A stretch of DNA of 41,153 nucleotides from a virus. Its lineage: Duplodnaviria; Caudoviricetes. Under the pieces are notes generated by a model. The model searched no databases. It worked only from the letters and a program-made list of their open reading frames with translations, and was not told the DNA's origin. The stretch spans positions 1 to 41,153 of IMG/VR virus record IMGVR_UViG_3300026541_000015. One strand, written 5' to 3'. The position numbers and the translations under genes were made by a program. How positions within the stretch are numbered: position 1 is the first letter of the stretch; the number at the start of each line of letters is the position of its first letter. Positions 25,102 through 34,292 of the stretch are shown here, piece after piece.

Positions 25102-25128
25102 TTGACAGGCCGATTTTTCTGCTAACCT
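25102..25128 (+). promoter_or_regulatory. Candidate late promoter
   Basis: TTGACA, then TGcTAACCT (15-nt spacer, suboptimal). Confidence 0.45.
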
Positions 25129-25280
25129 CATAGAGAGAAGTTAATAAAAGCGCTGAACTTCCCGATACTCCTTTCTTGCTAAACCATTCGCTAAACTGTC
25201 CTACAAGGGTTTGCCGGCCACTCGGCACTGGATAGACCGTTATGTTAATATTCGGTTAAGTTACTAATTCCAACCGAATC

Positions 25281-25436
25281 ATGGACATCAAGCGTGCATC
25301 TACCCACATCAAGCCAAACAAAGACCGATACGGCTTGTACTGTGGAGACTTCTTTTTCCTTTCTGCGAAGACAAAAAGGATTTATCGCTATGTTCCGTCC
25401 ACAGAACACGAAAAACACTCCTGGACGCCCGCTTAA
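25281..25436 (+). CDS. Possible small basic protein (51 aa, not in ORF track)
   Basis: MDIKRASTHIKPNKDRYGLYCGDFFFLSAK...; no clear RBS. Confidence 0.35.
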   Translation: MDIKRASTHIKPNKDRYGLYCGDFFFLSAKTKRIYRYVPSTEHEKHSWTPA

Positions 25437-25451
25437 TGATCAGAATATAGC

Positions 25452-25997
25452 ATGAGGGCGTGTCTGTTCTTTGTTCTGATTTTGATAGTAGGTCTTGCTA
25501 ACGCAGGTTCCATAACTGTGTCCTGGACAGCCCCGACACAAAACGAAGACGGCACTCCTCTCGTTGATCTGGCGGCTTATAAATTCTATTACGGGACATC
25601 CTCGGGGAACTACACGGACTCGGTTCGTGTTGATAACCCGGGAATCACTACATATCTCATCGAGAATCTTCCCGCGGGGACTTACTATATTGCGGCGACA
25701 GCAATAAACGCAGGGGAAGAGGAAAGCGCATTCAGTAACGAAGCGGTGAAAACGGCTCTGGGCAGTCCACCGCAGCCACCAACAAACTTGGTTGTTGAAC
25801 CCACTAATCTGGTGGCTTACGCGCTGTCGCAAACACGCGATACCATTGTGGCCTATCCCATTGGTACCGTACCGGCAGGCACGGCTTGTGAGGCTACGAT
25901 GCGCTTCAACGACAAATACGTGGTGCCGTTTAATGCGGTACAGTGGGTTGGTACGGCACGACCGGAAGTGGTGCTTGCTGCGTGTGGCGCTGGCTAA
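25452..25997 (+). CDS. Exported fibronectin type III domain protein
   Basis: Signal peptide ending ANA-G; VSWTAPTQNEDGTPL.DLA.YK.YYGTSSG.Y...L.AGTYY.A.TA.N..G.ES..SNE. Confidence 0.85.
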   Translation: MRACLFFVLILIVGLANAGSITVSWTAPTQNEDGTPLVDLAAYKFYYGTSSGNYTDSVRVDNPGITTYLIENLPAGTYYIAATAINAGEEESAFSNEAVKTALGSPPQPPTNLVVEPTNLVAYALSQTRDTIVAYPIGTVPAGTACEATMRFNDKYVVPFNAVQWVGTARPEVVLAACGAG

Positions 25998-26050
25998 TAC
26001 GATGGTTGTGGCCCAAGAAGCCGGGCAGAGTGAGACAACTGAGGTTTGAT

Positions 26051-26347
26051 ATGGCTAATAGACGATTGACTTGGGTACTTCCCCCGGTGACGATACGACA
26101 GCATCCGATTGCAAGCTCTGAGATTGCGTTTCGCGTCGATGCCAGCGTTCCCTGGACGGTACAGACCACGGTGCTGGCCGAGGACGCGCAGGAGCTATTG
26201 TTTCAAGACGTGCCGGTAGGTGACATGCTGTATCGGGGCGTTGTTATTGATGAGGTTGGCGGTCGAGGTAATGACGCGATTATCAGTGCTTTCGGGGAGT
26301 ATGATTTACCCGGAACGCTCACGAACTTTACGGCGACCGAAGAATGA
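26051..26347 (+). CDS. FN3/Ig-like protein (start revised to 26051)
   Basis: GAGGT RBS; LTW..P...W...YRG..ID..G beta-sandwich pattern. Confidence 0.55.
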   Translation: MANRRLTWVLPPVTIRQHPIASSEIAFRVDASVPWTVQTTVLAEDAQELLFQDVPVGDMLYRGVVIDEVGGRGNDAIISAFGEYDLPGTLTNFTATEE

Positions 26348-26365
26348 GCACAGTGGTTAGGAATA

Positions 26366-26890
26366 ATGGTTGACGTAACGCTAAGAGTATTTCTGAATCC
26401 GGCATCCCACGATCTCAGCAGCAATCCACCCAAAGAAGCGGCCCGACACAGGCGCGGTGATATTTTTAATGTGTATCAATCAAACGCTATCGCCACATTG
26501 GTGGGCGGTGATTACATTCTTAATGGGGGTGCATTAGGCCGCGATATTTTTGCGTGGATTCACATACGCAACGTGCCAAATGATCGCGCGCAACAGATGC
26601 GCCGAGTACTTACAGAGGACAGCGGCGAAACAAAGGTGCGTGAGGACGGGACACTGGATCCGGAAACTGGTTTACCCGAAATGCAACACGACCCCTACAG
26701 GCACCATCGATGGCGCATACCCTCCGGAGCAATCCCCGCTGCAGCAAGGGCTACTTTGTTGGCAGAGCATGAAATCACGGTGGGCTGGAACGCATTTCGT
26801 GACGCTATTCGCCGCAAGGTTATTATCAACAGAACGGACCCTTCCCAGGATGATGAATCAAACGCCGTTACTGATTCGGAGCTCTCCTAG
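26366..26890 (+). CDS. Hypothetical protein
   Basis: AGGA RBS; coupled to the next gene. Confidence 0.7.
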   Translation: MVDVTLRVFLNPASHDLSSNPPKEAARHRRGDIFNVYQSNAIATLVGGDYILNGGALGRDIFAWIHIRNVPNDRAQQMRRVLTEDSGETKVREDGTLDPETGLPEMQHDPYRHHRWRIPSGAIPAAARATLLAEHEITVGWNAFRDAIRRKVIINRTDPSQDDESNAVTDSELS

Positions 26891-27930
26891 TGGCGACTAT
26901 AACGCGGTTTGTAAATACCGCATCCACGGCAGGGACGCAAGATGGAACAACGAACACCCCAGGCAATAGCGGAACTGCGGCGTATGAGGCTTTAGCCACT
27001 GCTGAAACTTCCGAGCAGGTTGATCTTGTTTCTGCTGGAGATACCATCGTCTTTATTTGTGATCCTTCTGGTGGAGCAGATACCACTAGCGTGCCGATTA
27101 CCGGGTGGACCACGGGATCGGGTAACGAAATACTTATCCATGCGGCAGCAGGGTCAGAGCATAACGGTGTCTCAAGGGAAAACTCAGGGACTGGCTATCA
27201 AGTCTTAGCTGGTTCTCGTCCCATTGATATATTTGAAGATTATGTAATCGTTGAAGATATTGAATTTACAATCAATGCTAGTTCTGTCTGTGTAGATATT
27301 AGTACCGTCACATCGAATAATTTAATTACTTTCCGACGCTGCATATTTTCTAGGTCTGACACCTCCTCCAGTCAATATTTGGTTACTACTGGGGATGCTG
27401 ATGCAATAGTAACTTTCGAGAACTGTTTAGGCTATGCCTACGGCAGTAGGTGCTTTGATTTTAGAACATCAGCGACAATTACAATTAATCATTGCGGCTT
27501 TCTGATGGATACTAATGTTGGCTGCCTGGTAGACGGCTCGGCAGCAATAACAAATAGTTGGTTTTTTAATAACAATGGCTCGGCGTTTCATAGCGCCAGC
27601 ACGGCACCCGCGTCAGATTCAAATAACGCCGCTAATGATACGTCAATGGGTGACGAGGGGTTTTCAAATACCAATTCGCACGAAAGCCTCACAATGGCTG
27701 ACGAAATCACGGATGTGGGTACAAATTTCGCTGATCCAGCAACCGCAGACGGCACTATAAGGTCAGATGGCACATTAACTTTCGATGATGCTGGTACTGG
27801 ATCACTCACAGACGATATAGCCAATGTTACACGAGAGGGAATCGTGGATATTGGGCCATTTGAACTAATTGGCGGAGGCGCTGATGTTCGTAACCACATA
27901 ATTCCTTCCTATGTTAGGATAAATTCGTGA
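26890..27930 (+). CDS. Pectin-lyase-like right-handed beta-helix protein
   Basis: Repeating ITFRRCIF/VTFENC/ITINHC/ITNSWF rungs; C-terminal DDI...R....DIGPFE motif. Confidence 0.7.
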   Translation: MATITRFVNTASTAGTQDGTTNTPGNSGTAAYEALATAETSEQVDLVSAGDTIVFICDPSGGADTTSVPITGWTTGSGNEILIHAAAGSEHNGVSRENSGTGYQVLAGSRPIDIFEDYVIVEDIEFTINASSVCVDISTVTSNNLITFRRCIFSRSDTSSSQYLVTTGDADAIVTFENCLGYAYGSRCFDFRTSATITINHCGFLMDTNVGCLVDGSAAITNSWFFNNNGSAFHSASTAPASDSNNAANDTSMGDEGFSNTNSHESLTMADEITDVGTNFADPATADGTIRSDGTLTFDDAGTGSLTDDIANVTREGIVDIGPFELIGGGADVRNHIIPSYVRINS

Positions 27931-28796
27931 GACAAATACTAAAAGGCAGCACCAATGTTTCGGTTGATGTTTATATCATAGACTCGACGGACGGTACTCC
28001 AGAACTGGGTGTGTTATTCGATGCCACCGGCATGGATTTGGAGTATCGAAGGGAGCTTGCGGCGGTTGTTAATATCACTGAGGCTACTTTGGCGGCCCTT
28101 ACTACAGCTCATGCGGATGGTGGTTTTTTAGAAATTGGTCACGGTCTTTACCGATTGGACGTACCTGATGCGGCTTTTGCTACAGGCGTTGAAACTGTCA
28201 GCATTCAGGGGACAGTCACTGGAATGATTATCTTGCCTCAAACGATTCAATTGGTTGATTTCGATCCAGAGGACGGAGTACGTTTAGGTTTAACGGCGCT
28301 ACCCAATGCTGCAGCAGACGCGGCGGGTGGCTTGCCGATATCAGACTTGGGCGGTTTGGAGCTTGATGATATTCCGATAACATCAGAGTTTAATGCCAGA
28401 ACCATTCTAGCAGCGGACTATTTTGATCCTGCCGTTGACAATATAGCCGGAAGTGTTGGTTCGGTAACGGGTGCGGTAGGTAGTGTTGCTGGAAACGTGG
28501 ACGGAAATGTCACGGGTTCAGTAGGTTCTAATCTTGAATTGGGCCCCTCTGAGGTTCTTGCACAAGTTAATGCGGCGCTAGACACTGTGATATCGGAGTT
28601 AAGTGTAGCGGCTCCTTCGGCAACGCCAACGCTAAGAACTGGATTAATGTTGTTGTATATGGCGCTGAGGAACAGAACGGACGTATTTACTTCGGGAACA
28701 GATGCCTTAAGAATCTATAACAATGCCGGGACAATTATTGCCACTAAGTTATTGACTGACGATGGCAGTGATTATTCTGAAGCTGAGATGTCTTAA
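27927..28796 (+). CDS. Putative virion-associated structural protein
   Basis: GLYRLDVPDAAFATG domain, LGLTALPNAAADAAGGLP, VGSVTGAVGSVAGNVDGNVTGSVGS repeat. Confidence 0.55.
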   Translation: MRQILKGSTNVSVDVYIIDSTDGTPELGVLFDATGMDLEYRRELAAVVNITEATLAALTTAHADGGFLEIGHGLYRLDVPDAAFATGVETVSIQGTVTGMIILPQTIQLVDFDPEDGVRLGLTALPNAAADAAGGLPISDLGGLELDDIPITSEFNARTILAADYFDPAVDNIAGSVGSVTGAVGSVAGNVDGNVTGSVGSNLELGPSEVLAQVNAALDTVISELSVAAPSATPTLRTGLMLLYMALRNRTDVFTSGTDALRIYNNAGTIIATKLLTDDGSDYSEAEMS

Positions 28797-28999
28797 TGGC
28801 CCTTGATTCGCAAGAGAAACGCTATGCCGTTACGGGGGTTGCAAGACCTTATATGCGCGTTCTTTTGCCTGTGGCAACGCCTGATGAGGAATGGCGTATA
28901 TCGGTAGGCAATGCTTATGGGGGTAATGCTTTGTCTTTTATTGCTAGTACTGCTTCAAAACCACCTTCAGGACTGGCTTTAATGGGGATGGGTACTTAG
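28796..28999 (+). CDS. Hypothetical protein
   Basis: TAATG coupling; 67 aa. Confidence 0.65.
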   Translation: MALDSQEKRYAVTGVARPYMRVLLPVATPDEEWRISVGNAYGGNALSFIASTASKPPSGLALMGMGT

Positions 29000-30997
29000 A
29001 TGCCGAGTAATACTGAATTAAACAGCGGGTCCGGTGGTGACGTAATAACAACCAAAGAGCGCACCCATGATGGTGATGCTACGAAGTCTCAGGCAGTTAC
29101 ACTTGCTGGAGTTACCGGAACTGAGGGTTCTTATACTTACGAGGACATTAATGGTAGCGCAGCCAATGGCTTAGAGGTTGACGTCACCAGGGTTCAAGGA
29201 ACGGTAACAGTAGATGGCTCAGGGGTTACACAACCTGTTTCAGCCTCTTCATTACCATTGCCCTCTGGCGCGGCCACTTCAGCGGCACAGCTTGCTGATG
29301 GTCACGGCGTTATCATTGATGGCTCTAGCATTGTTCACCTTGAAGATGTTACGCATAATTCGGGCGATGCTGGGGTTATGGGCTTGGCGGTCAGAAATGA
29401 CGAACTGGCCCCGTTAGCAGGTACAGACGGTGATTATGCCCCGCTTCAAGTGGACGATCTGGGCGCGTTATACAGCAATCAGGGCAATCGAATATCCGTT
29501 CTTAACAGCAGAGCCGCTTCCACCCTTGCGGCCAGCGCGACATTTCAAGGTGTGGGAGAGGACGTTTCCAAATACGGTCGTGTTGGTGTCAGTATAGTTA
29601 GTGATAATGCGACTGATGGTGTTCTCACGATGGAGGTCTCACGGGATAACATCACCTTTGGTGGTCCTACTAGGACTTGGGCAGACACTCGATTTGCTCA
29701 ACCTCATATGTGGAATATTGTAGAGCAGTATTTCAGAATTTTGTACACGAACGGCACCACAGAGGCGACCAATCTAGAAATTCAGGTCCAGTATTCAAAT
29801 AACGCCAACACCCTCTTGGGTCATCAATTAGACGAAACGTTACTTCCCGAAACTGAGGCGATTATTAGTCGCTCAGTGATTGTTGGACAAGATCCGAATG
29901 CTGTTTTTGTTAATGGGCCAGCGTCTGGTGTTGATAACGATAATAGCAGTACCACCAATCTGACCGCTGGTACTTCGTTGGTATTTACAGGTTCCTTCCA
30001 CGATATAGAGGGCTATACGGGTATATCTGTCCTGATAGATGGGACATCTGGCGTGGCTGTGTCTGGTACTTTGCAAATGCAATTCAGTCACGATGGTGTG
30101 ACGGTCCACCGGGATATTTCAGTCACAACGGCAGATGTTAGAAACACATTACCAAGAACACTCGGCGTCGTGGCGCATTTCTTCAGAATCATATTTACCG
30201 CCGATGCCGATCTAACCTCGTTTCAAGCCCAAACGATGATTCACACTGAACAAGTTAGTCTTGTATCGAGGGCTGACGGAACCTTACAGGGCAGTGAAGA
30301 CGTAACTAATGTTCGTGCGGTCTTGGTTGGGGCTACTAGTCAAGGGGCTTTTGTCAATGTAGGTGTTACCAACGGCGGCGGCATGAAAACAGAGGCCGAC
30401 GGAACGGTTGCGCATAATGAGGCGGATGCTGACAGTCCTCTGAAGATAGGTGGCTTTGCCTCTGCGGGCTTGCCTACTGCAGTTGATGCGTCTGATCGGG
30501 TCAATGCCAGTTTTGATTTACAGGGACAGTTAAGGGTTACGGCGGAGACCTCTGATCCATTGCCGGTGGATTTGGGTGCCAATAACGATGTTTCGTTGAA
30601 TACAGGGTCTAATCTTGTCGGTGATGTTGGGTTAGGCGTCAGGACTTCGGGCGGAACCAGTATATTCCGTAGTATTGATTTGGATGAAGGCACGTTAGAA
30701 ATAGTCAAAGCGAGCCCGGGCCAGATTTACTGGTTACATATCATTAACTTGGCGACATCGGTGCGTTTCGTGAAGATATATAACGCAACGTCTGGAACGA
30801 TAGGAACAGGAACTCCAGTGTTGACGTTTCCGATCCCGACTCAGGGCGATTCTAACGGTGCGGGTTTCACGCTCTCAATCCCTAATGGAATAGCCTTTTC
30901 GACTGGAATAACTATCGGCGCATCCACAGGCATAGCGGATAATGATACTGGCGCACCTGGGGCAAACGAAATCGTGGTTAATTTGGGCTTTGCGTGA
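29000..30997 (+). CDS. Large beta-rich putative virion fibre/appendage protein
   Basis: TVTVDGSGVTQPVSA, SLPLPSGAAT, two related ~110-aa domains (ATF.G..ED / LVFTG..HD), C-terminal VKASPG...GIAFSTGI domain. Confidence 0.55.
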   Translation: MPSNTELNSGSGGDVITTKERTHDGDATKSQAVTLAGVTGTEGSYTYEDINGSAANGLEVDVTRVQGTVTVDGSGVTQPVSASSLPLPSGAATSAAQLADGHGVIIDGSSIVHLEDVTHNSGDAGVMGLAVRNDELAPLAGTDGDYAPLQVDDLGALYSNQGNRISVLNSRAASTLAASATFQGVGEDVSKYGRVGVSIVSDNATDGVLTMEVSRDNITFGGPTRTWADTRFAQPHMWNIVEQYFRILYTNGTTEATNLEIQVQYSNNANTLLGHQLDETLLPETEAIISRSVIVGQDPNAVFVNGPASGVDNDNSSTTNLTAGTSLVFTGSFHDIEGYTGISVLIDGTSGVAVSGTLQMQFSHDGVTVHRDISVTTADVRNTLPRTLGVVAHFFRIIFTADADLTSFQAQTMIHTEQVSLVSRADGTLQGSEDVTNVRAVLVGATSQGAFVNVGVTNGGGMKTEADGTVAHNEADADSPLKIGGFASAGLPTAVDASDRVNASFDLQGQLRVTAETSDPLPVDLGANNDVSLNTGSNLVGDVGLGVRTSGGTSIFRSIDLDEGTLEIVKASPGQIYWLHIINLATSVRFVKIYNATSGTIGTGTPVLTFPIPTQGDSNGAGFTLSIPNGIAFSTGITIGASTGIADNDTGAPGANEIVVNLGFA

Positions 30998-31440
30998 TTC
31001 TATGGCTGCATAATCTAGACTTTGCCGGTGGTGGTGCAGAGGTAGTAGAAGAAGTCACGGCTCCTTCGGGTGGGTGGGACTTCATGATGAAGTTCGAGTC
31101 GTTCCGTGAAAAACGTGAAAGTGATAAGTCTGAACGTGATAAAATACGCGAAGAGATTGAGGAAATTGCCAGTGATGTAGACCGGGAAATTGCACAAATA
31201 CTGCAAACGGACCGGATTACAGAGGCTCGTGAGGAAGAATTACAAGCGCTTGAGGTATTGGTATCGGAGTCTTTTAGAAATGAAGATATGGCCAATGCAA
31301 GAGCGCACGGTGTTGCAAAAGCCTTTGTAAGGGCAGCAGTACAGCGTAATTTCTCGGCCGTAGAGGCTTTGGAACGGGAAATGGATCAGATTCGGGAAGA
31401 GGATGAATTTTTGTTATTGGCAATGATGATATTGGATTGA
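30994..31440 (+). CDS. Hypothetical acidic coiled-coil protein
   Basis: E/R-rich helix ending EEDEFLLLAMMILD. Confidence 0.7.
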   Translation: MILWLHNLDFAGGGAEVVEEVTAPSGGWDFMMKFESFREKRESDKSERDKIREEIEEIASDVDREIAQILQTDRITEAREEELQALEVLVSESFRNEDMANARAHGVAKAFVRAAVQRNFSAVEALEREMDQIREEDEFLLLAMMILD

Positions 31441-31441
31441 G

Positions 31442-31789
31442 ATGGCAGATCAGGTGGAAATAGTCCTACCTAAGACACGAGTGCTGGAGGAGAACGCTTT
31501 TCCACTGACGGCCTACTTTCGCACAAGATCTACCAAAGCTGCCTCAATACCGACCACAATAAGATATCGAATTGATTGCCTAAAGACTCGAACCAAGATA
31601 AGGGATTGGACCTCAGTCTCCATCGCAGCAAGTGTAACCATCACGATCACTGCCAGCGATAATGAAATACAGGACGATTCCAACCGCTTCGAGAGAAAAC
31701 AGATTATTGTCCAGGCTGATCAGGGTTTATCCACTCAAGTCAGTGGAAAAGCGGTGTGGAGAGTAAACAATTTGACGGGAATAACGTGA
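31442..31789 (+). CDS. Hypothetical Ig-like adaptor protein
   Basis: Beta-strand-rich, 115 aa; last gene of the pre-terminase module. Confidence 0.55.
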   Translation: MADQVEIVLPKTRVLEENAFPLTAYFRTRSTKAASIPTTIRYRIDCLKTRTKIRDWTSVSIAASVTITITASDNEIQDDSNRFERKQIIVQADQGLSTQVSGKAVWRVNNLTGIT

Positions 31790-31953
31790 TGGGTGAGGAA
31801 ACTTTTACAATCAAAGAAATGCGAGAGGCATACAGCAGATCATTGCATGGTCTTTCGCTTACTGAAAAGCAAAAGAAACTAGCGGATGCTAAACGTATTG
31901 CTACTCGATGGTCGGTCATAGGAGACAATCATGCCAGTACACACACCATCTGA
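31789..31953 (+). CDS. Small hypothetical protein
   Basis: TGATG overlap; start revised. Confidence 0.5.
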   Translation: MGEETFTIKEMREAYSRSLHGLSLTEKQKKLADAKRIATRWSVIGDNHASTHTI

Positions 31954-32056
31954 ACGTGCTAAACGCACAGGACAACCGCAAAGAGTCGTCAAGAAGAGAG
32001 CGAAGCGTGTAAAGCCCGTCAATCGACCGATTAAGCGCAGCATATTTGACAGCTAA
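31931..32056 (+). CDS. Small highly basic protein (41 aa, not in ORF track)
   Basis: AGGAG RBS; MPVHTPSERAKRTGQPQRVVKKRAKRVKPVNRPIKRSIFDS; TAATG overlap with terS. Confidence 0.65.
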   Translation: MPVHTPSERAKRTGQPQRVVKKRAKRVKPVNRPIKRSIFDS

Positions 32057-32556
32057 TGCCAGCAGGACGTCCATCAGACTATACACAAGACCTTGCTGAT
32101 ATCATTTGTGAGCAATTGGCGAGTGGTGATTCAATGCGTACTGTGTGTAAGTCTGAAGATATGCCAGGAATGTCTACTGTTTTCAGATGGTTGCGTGAAC
32201 GTGATGAATTTCGACAGCAATACGAGACGGCCAAGGACGAAGCGGCCGATGTAATGGTCGAAGAAATCAACGAGATAGCGGACAACAGCACCAACGATTA
32301 CATTACGTTGTTGGCTGATGCCGTTAAGGAAAAGCCCCCAAGCGAGTGGACAGAAGAAGATATTCATGTGCTTGCTATCAAGGCAGCACCCGAGAATATT
32401 CAACGCTCACGGCTACGTGTTGATGCTCGCAAATGGACAGCCTCCAAACTCAAGCCCAAGAAGTACGGAGACAAGACCATTCATGCAGGGGATGCAGACA
32501 ATCCATTAAGAGTTAGCGGCACGGTGAACTTCATTGATTCCAGCACTAAAGAATGA
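32056..32556 (+). CDS. terS: Terminase small subunit (Sf6 gp1-like)
   Basis: GRPSDYT...AD.ICEQLASG.S.R..CK...MP..STVFRWL; RLRVDARKW.ASKL.PKKYGDK. Confidence 0.92.
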   Translation: MPAGRPSDYTQDLADIICEQLASGDSMRTVCKSEDMPGMSTVFRWLRERDEFRQQYETAKDEAADVMVEEINEIADNSTNDYITLLADAVKEKPPSEWTEEDIHVLAIKAAPENIQRSRLRVDARKWTASKLKPKKYGDKTIHAGDADNPLRVSGTVNFIDSSTKE

Positions 32557-33877
32557 AGATTGGGATTTCACGGACAATCAGAAGTTTCTGTTTGAGGCGC
32601 ATCGCTATAAGGTGGGTAAGGGTGGCCGTAATGGTACAAAATCATGGGGTTTTGCTCGTGCCTTACTGATCAAGGGGTTTGAGGGGCCATTGCGTATTCT
32701 GTGTGCTCGTGAGGTCCAAAAATCCATCAAGGAATCTGTACATCAATTACTCAAGGATCAGATCGAATTACTGGGCCTGGGTGGATTCTATGAAGTATTG
32801 GCGAATGAAATACGCGGGGCTAATGGGACGCTGTTCTCGTTCGTCGGATTATCGGCACTGACCGCTTACAGCATAAAGTCTTACGAAGCCTATGACATCT
32901 GTTGGGTTGAAGAGGCGGCTCTTGTAACGCGGCGATCATGGGATATCCTCACGCCAACCATTCGTAAAGAAGACTCTGAGATATGGATATCATTCAATCC
33001 TGAGTTAGATACAGATGAGACCTGGGTTCGGTTTGTGGAGAATACGCCTGAAGACTGTGTTGTTACGGATATGTCTTACGATACCAACCCCTGGATGACC
33101 AAGACAGCAGAGGGCGAGCGGCAGACCTTCCTAAGAGCTGTAAAGGCAGGCACAAGACAACAACACGAGTACGACAATATCTGGTTAGGTCACTGTAGAC
33201 CGGCTGTTGAAGGTGCGATCTACACCAATGAGGTGGCTAAGGTTATCGCCGATGGTCGATTGTGTGCTGTACCGTATGACGCTACCCATCCGGTTTTCTT
33301 GATCTGGGACCTGGGCTGGGCTGATTCAATGGCGATTGGCTTTGTGCAGTGCATTGGTGGTGCGATTCGATTCATTGATTACATCGAGGACAATAACCGC
33401 ACTTATGAATCGTACTATCTGCAGATCACCGGCATCGACCAGGACGGCATTCCCGGCAAGAAATCAAGCAACGGCACACCGTACGGTAACTTTGGACTGG
33501 CTTGGTTGCCACACGATGGCAAGAACCACAACCCACAGACGGGCAAGACGAATATACTGACCCTGCAGGAACTGGGGCTGGAGGTAAGTGATGAGACTAT
33601 TGAGCAGGTCGGCTTTATCCACGGACTGAGATTAGCCCGACAGATGTTCCCACGCTGTTGGTTCGATAAAGATCGTGCAGGACCGTTGTTTAACCGTTTA
33701 CGTCGGTATGCGTTCAAGATTGGTGCAGAGAATGAGGAGCCGCAGAACGTGAAGAAAGACATAAACGCCCACGGCTCTGATATGTTTCGGTATACTGCGG
33801 TAGTTGAGGCTGAGTTGGTTTATGATAACGCTCTGCCAAAAGACCCCTTCAAAGGATACAGTGGCTATGCTGGATAA
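32534..33877 (+). CDS. terL: Terminase large subunit (PBSX family)
   Basis: GGRNGTKSW Walker A, CAREVQ.SI.ESVH, WVEEA Walker B, WDLG..D nuclease motif, HGSDMFRY. Confidence 0.95.
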   Translation: MIPALKNEDWDFTDNQKFLFEAHRYKVGKGGRNGTKSWGFARALLIKGFEGPLRILCAREVQKSIKESVHQLLKDQIELLGLGGFYEVLANEIRGANGTLFSFVGLSALTAYSIKSYEAYDICWVEEAALVTRRSWDILTPTIRKEDSEIWISFNPELDTDETWVRFVENTPEDCVVTDMSYDTNPWMTKTAEGERQTFLRAVKAGTRQQHEYDNIWLGHCRPAVEGAIYTNEVAKVIADGRLCAVPYDATHPVFLIWDLGWADSMAIGFVQCIGGAIRFIDYIEDNNRTYESYYLQITGIDQDGIPGKKSSNGTPYGNFGLAWLPHDGKNHNPQTGKTNILTLQELGLEVSDETIEQVGFIHGLRLARQMFPRCWFDKDRAGPLFNRLRRYAFKIGAENEEPQNVKKDINAHGSDMFRYTAVVEAELVYDNALPKDPFKGYSGYAG

Positions 33878-34040
33878 ATACGAACAACGTGTGGTAGATG
33901 CTGCAATGGAGTCAGAGTTACGTTCCGGTAGAAAAACCATTGTTATGCCAGTAACTGCAGCGATTTGTAAGGGAAGGGCTGAGAATGAATATCATGCCTT
34001 TGTAACTCGTGTGGTGGCGGGCATGACTAATGCTGGATAA
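33867..34040 (+). CDS. Small hypothetical protein flanked by 11-bp direct repeats
   Basis: Starts at the ATG within ATGCTGGATAA (33867) and ends in a second copy (34030-34040). Confidence 0.55.
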   Translation: MLDKYEQRVVDAAMESELRSGRKTIVMPVTAAICKGRAENEYHAFVTRVVAGMTNAG

Positions 34041-34097
34041 TGGATTCACCCGTCGGTGGGCACATAGCATTTTCCCGCTTAGGTATGCGGTTCTAAA

Positions 34098-34292
34098 ATG
34101 AGTTGGATATATAAATGCGGAACTAATATTCACGGCCACTATGACCGGCGTGGTGACTATTCCCGTGAAGGTGTTGACCCTCGTAACAACTTTGGACGAT
34201 ATGTGGAAGAATATATAAAAGCAGTCGAATATGAGCAACGTCTAGATGATATTCAGCGCGCTCTTGCATTGGAGGCTATAACCAATGCCTGA
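34098..34292 (+). CDS. Hypothetical protein
   Basis: 64-aa ORF overlapping the portal start. Confidence 0.6.
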   Translation: MSWIYKCGTNIHGHYDRRGDYSREGVDPRNNFGRYVEEYIKAVEYEQRLDDIQRALALEAITNA

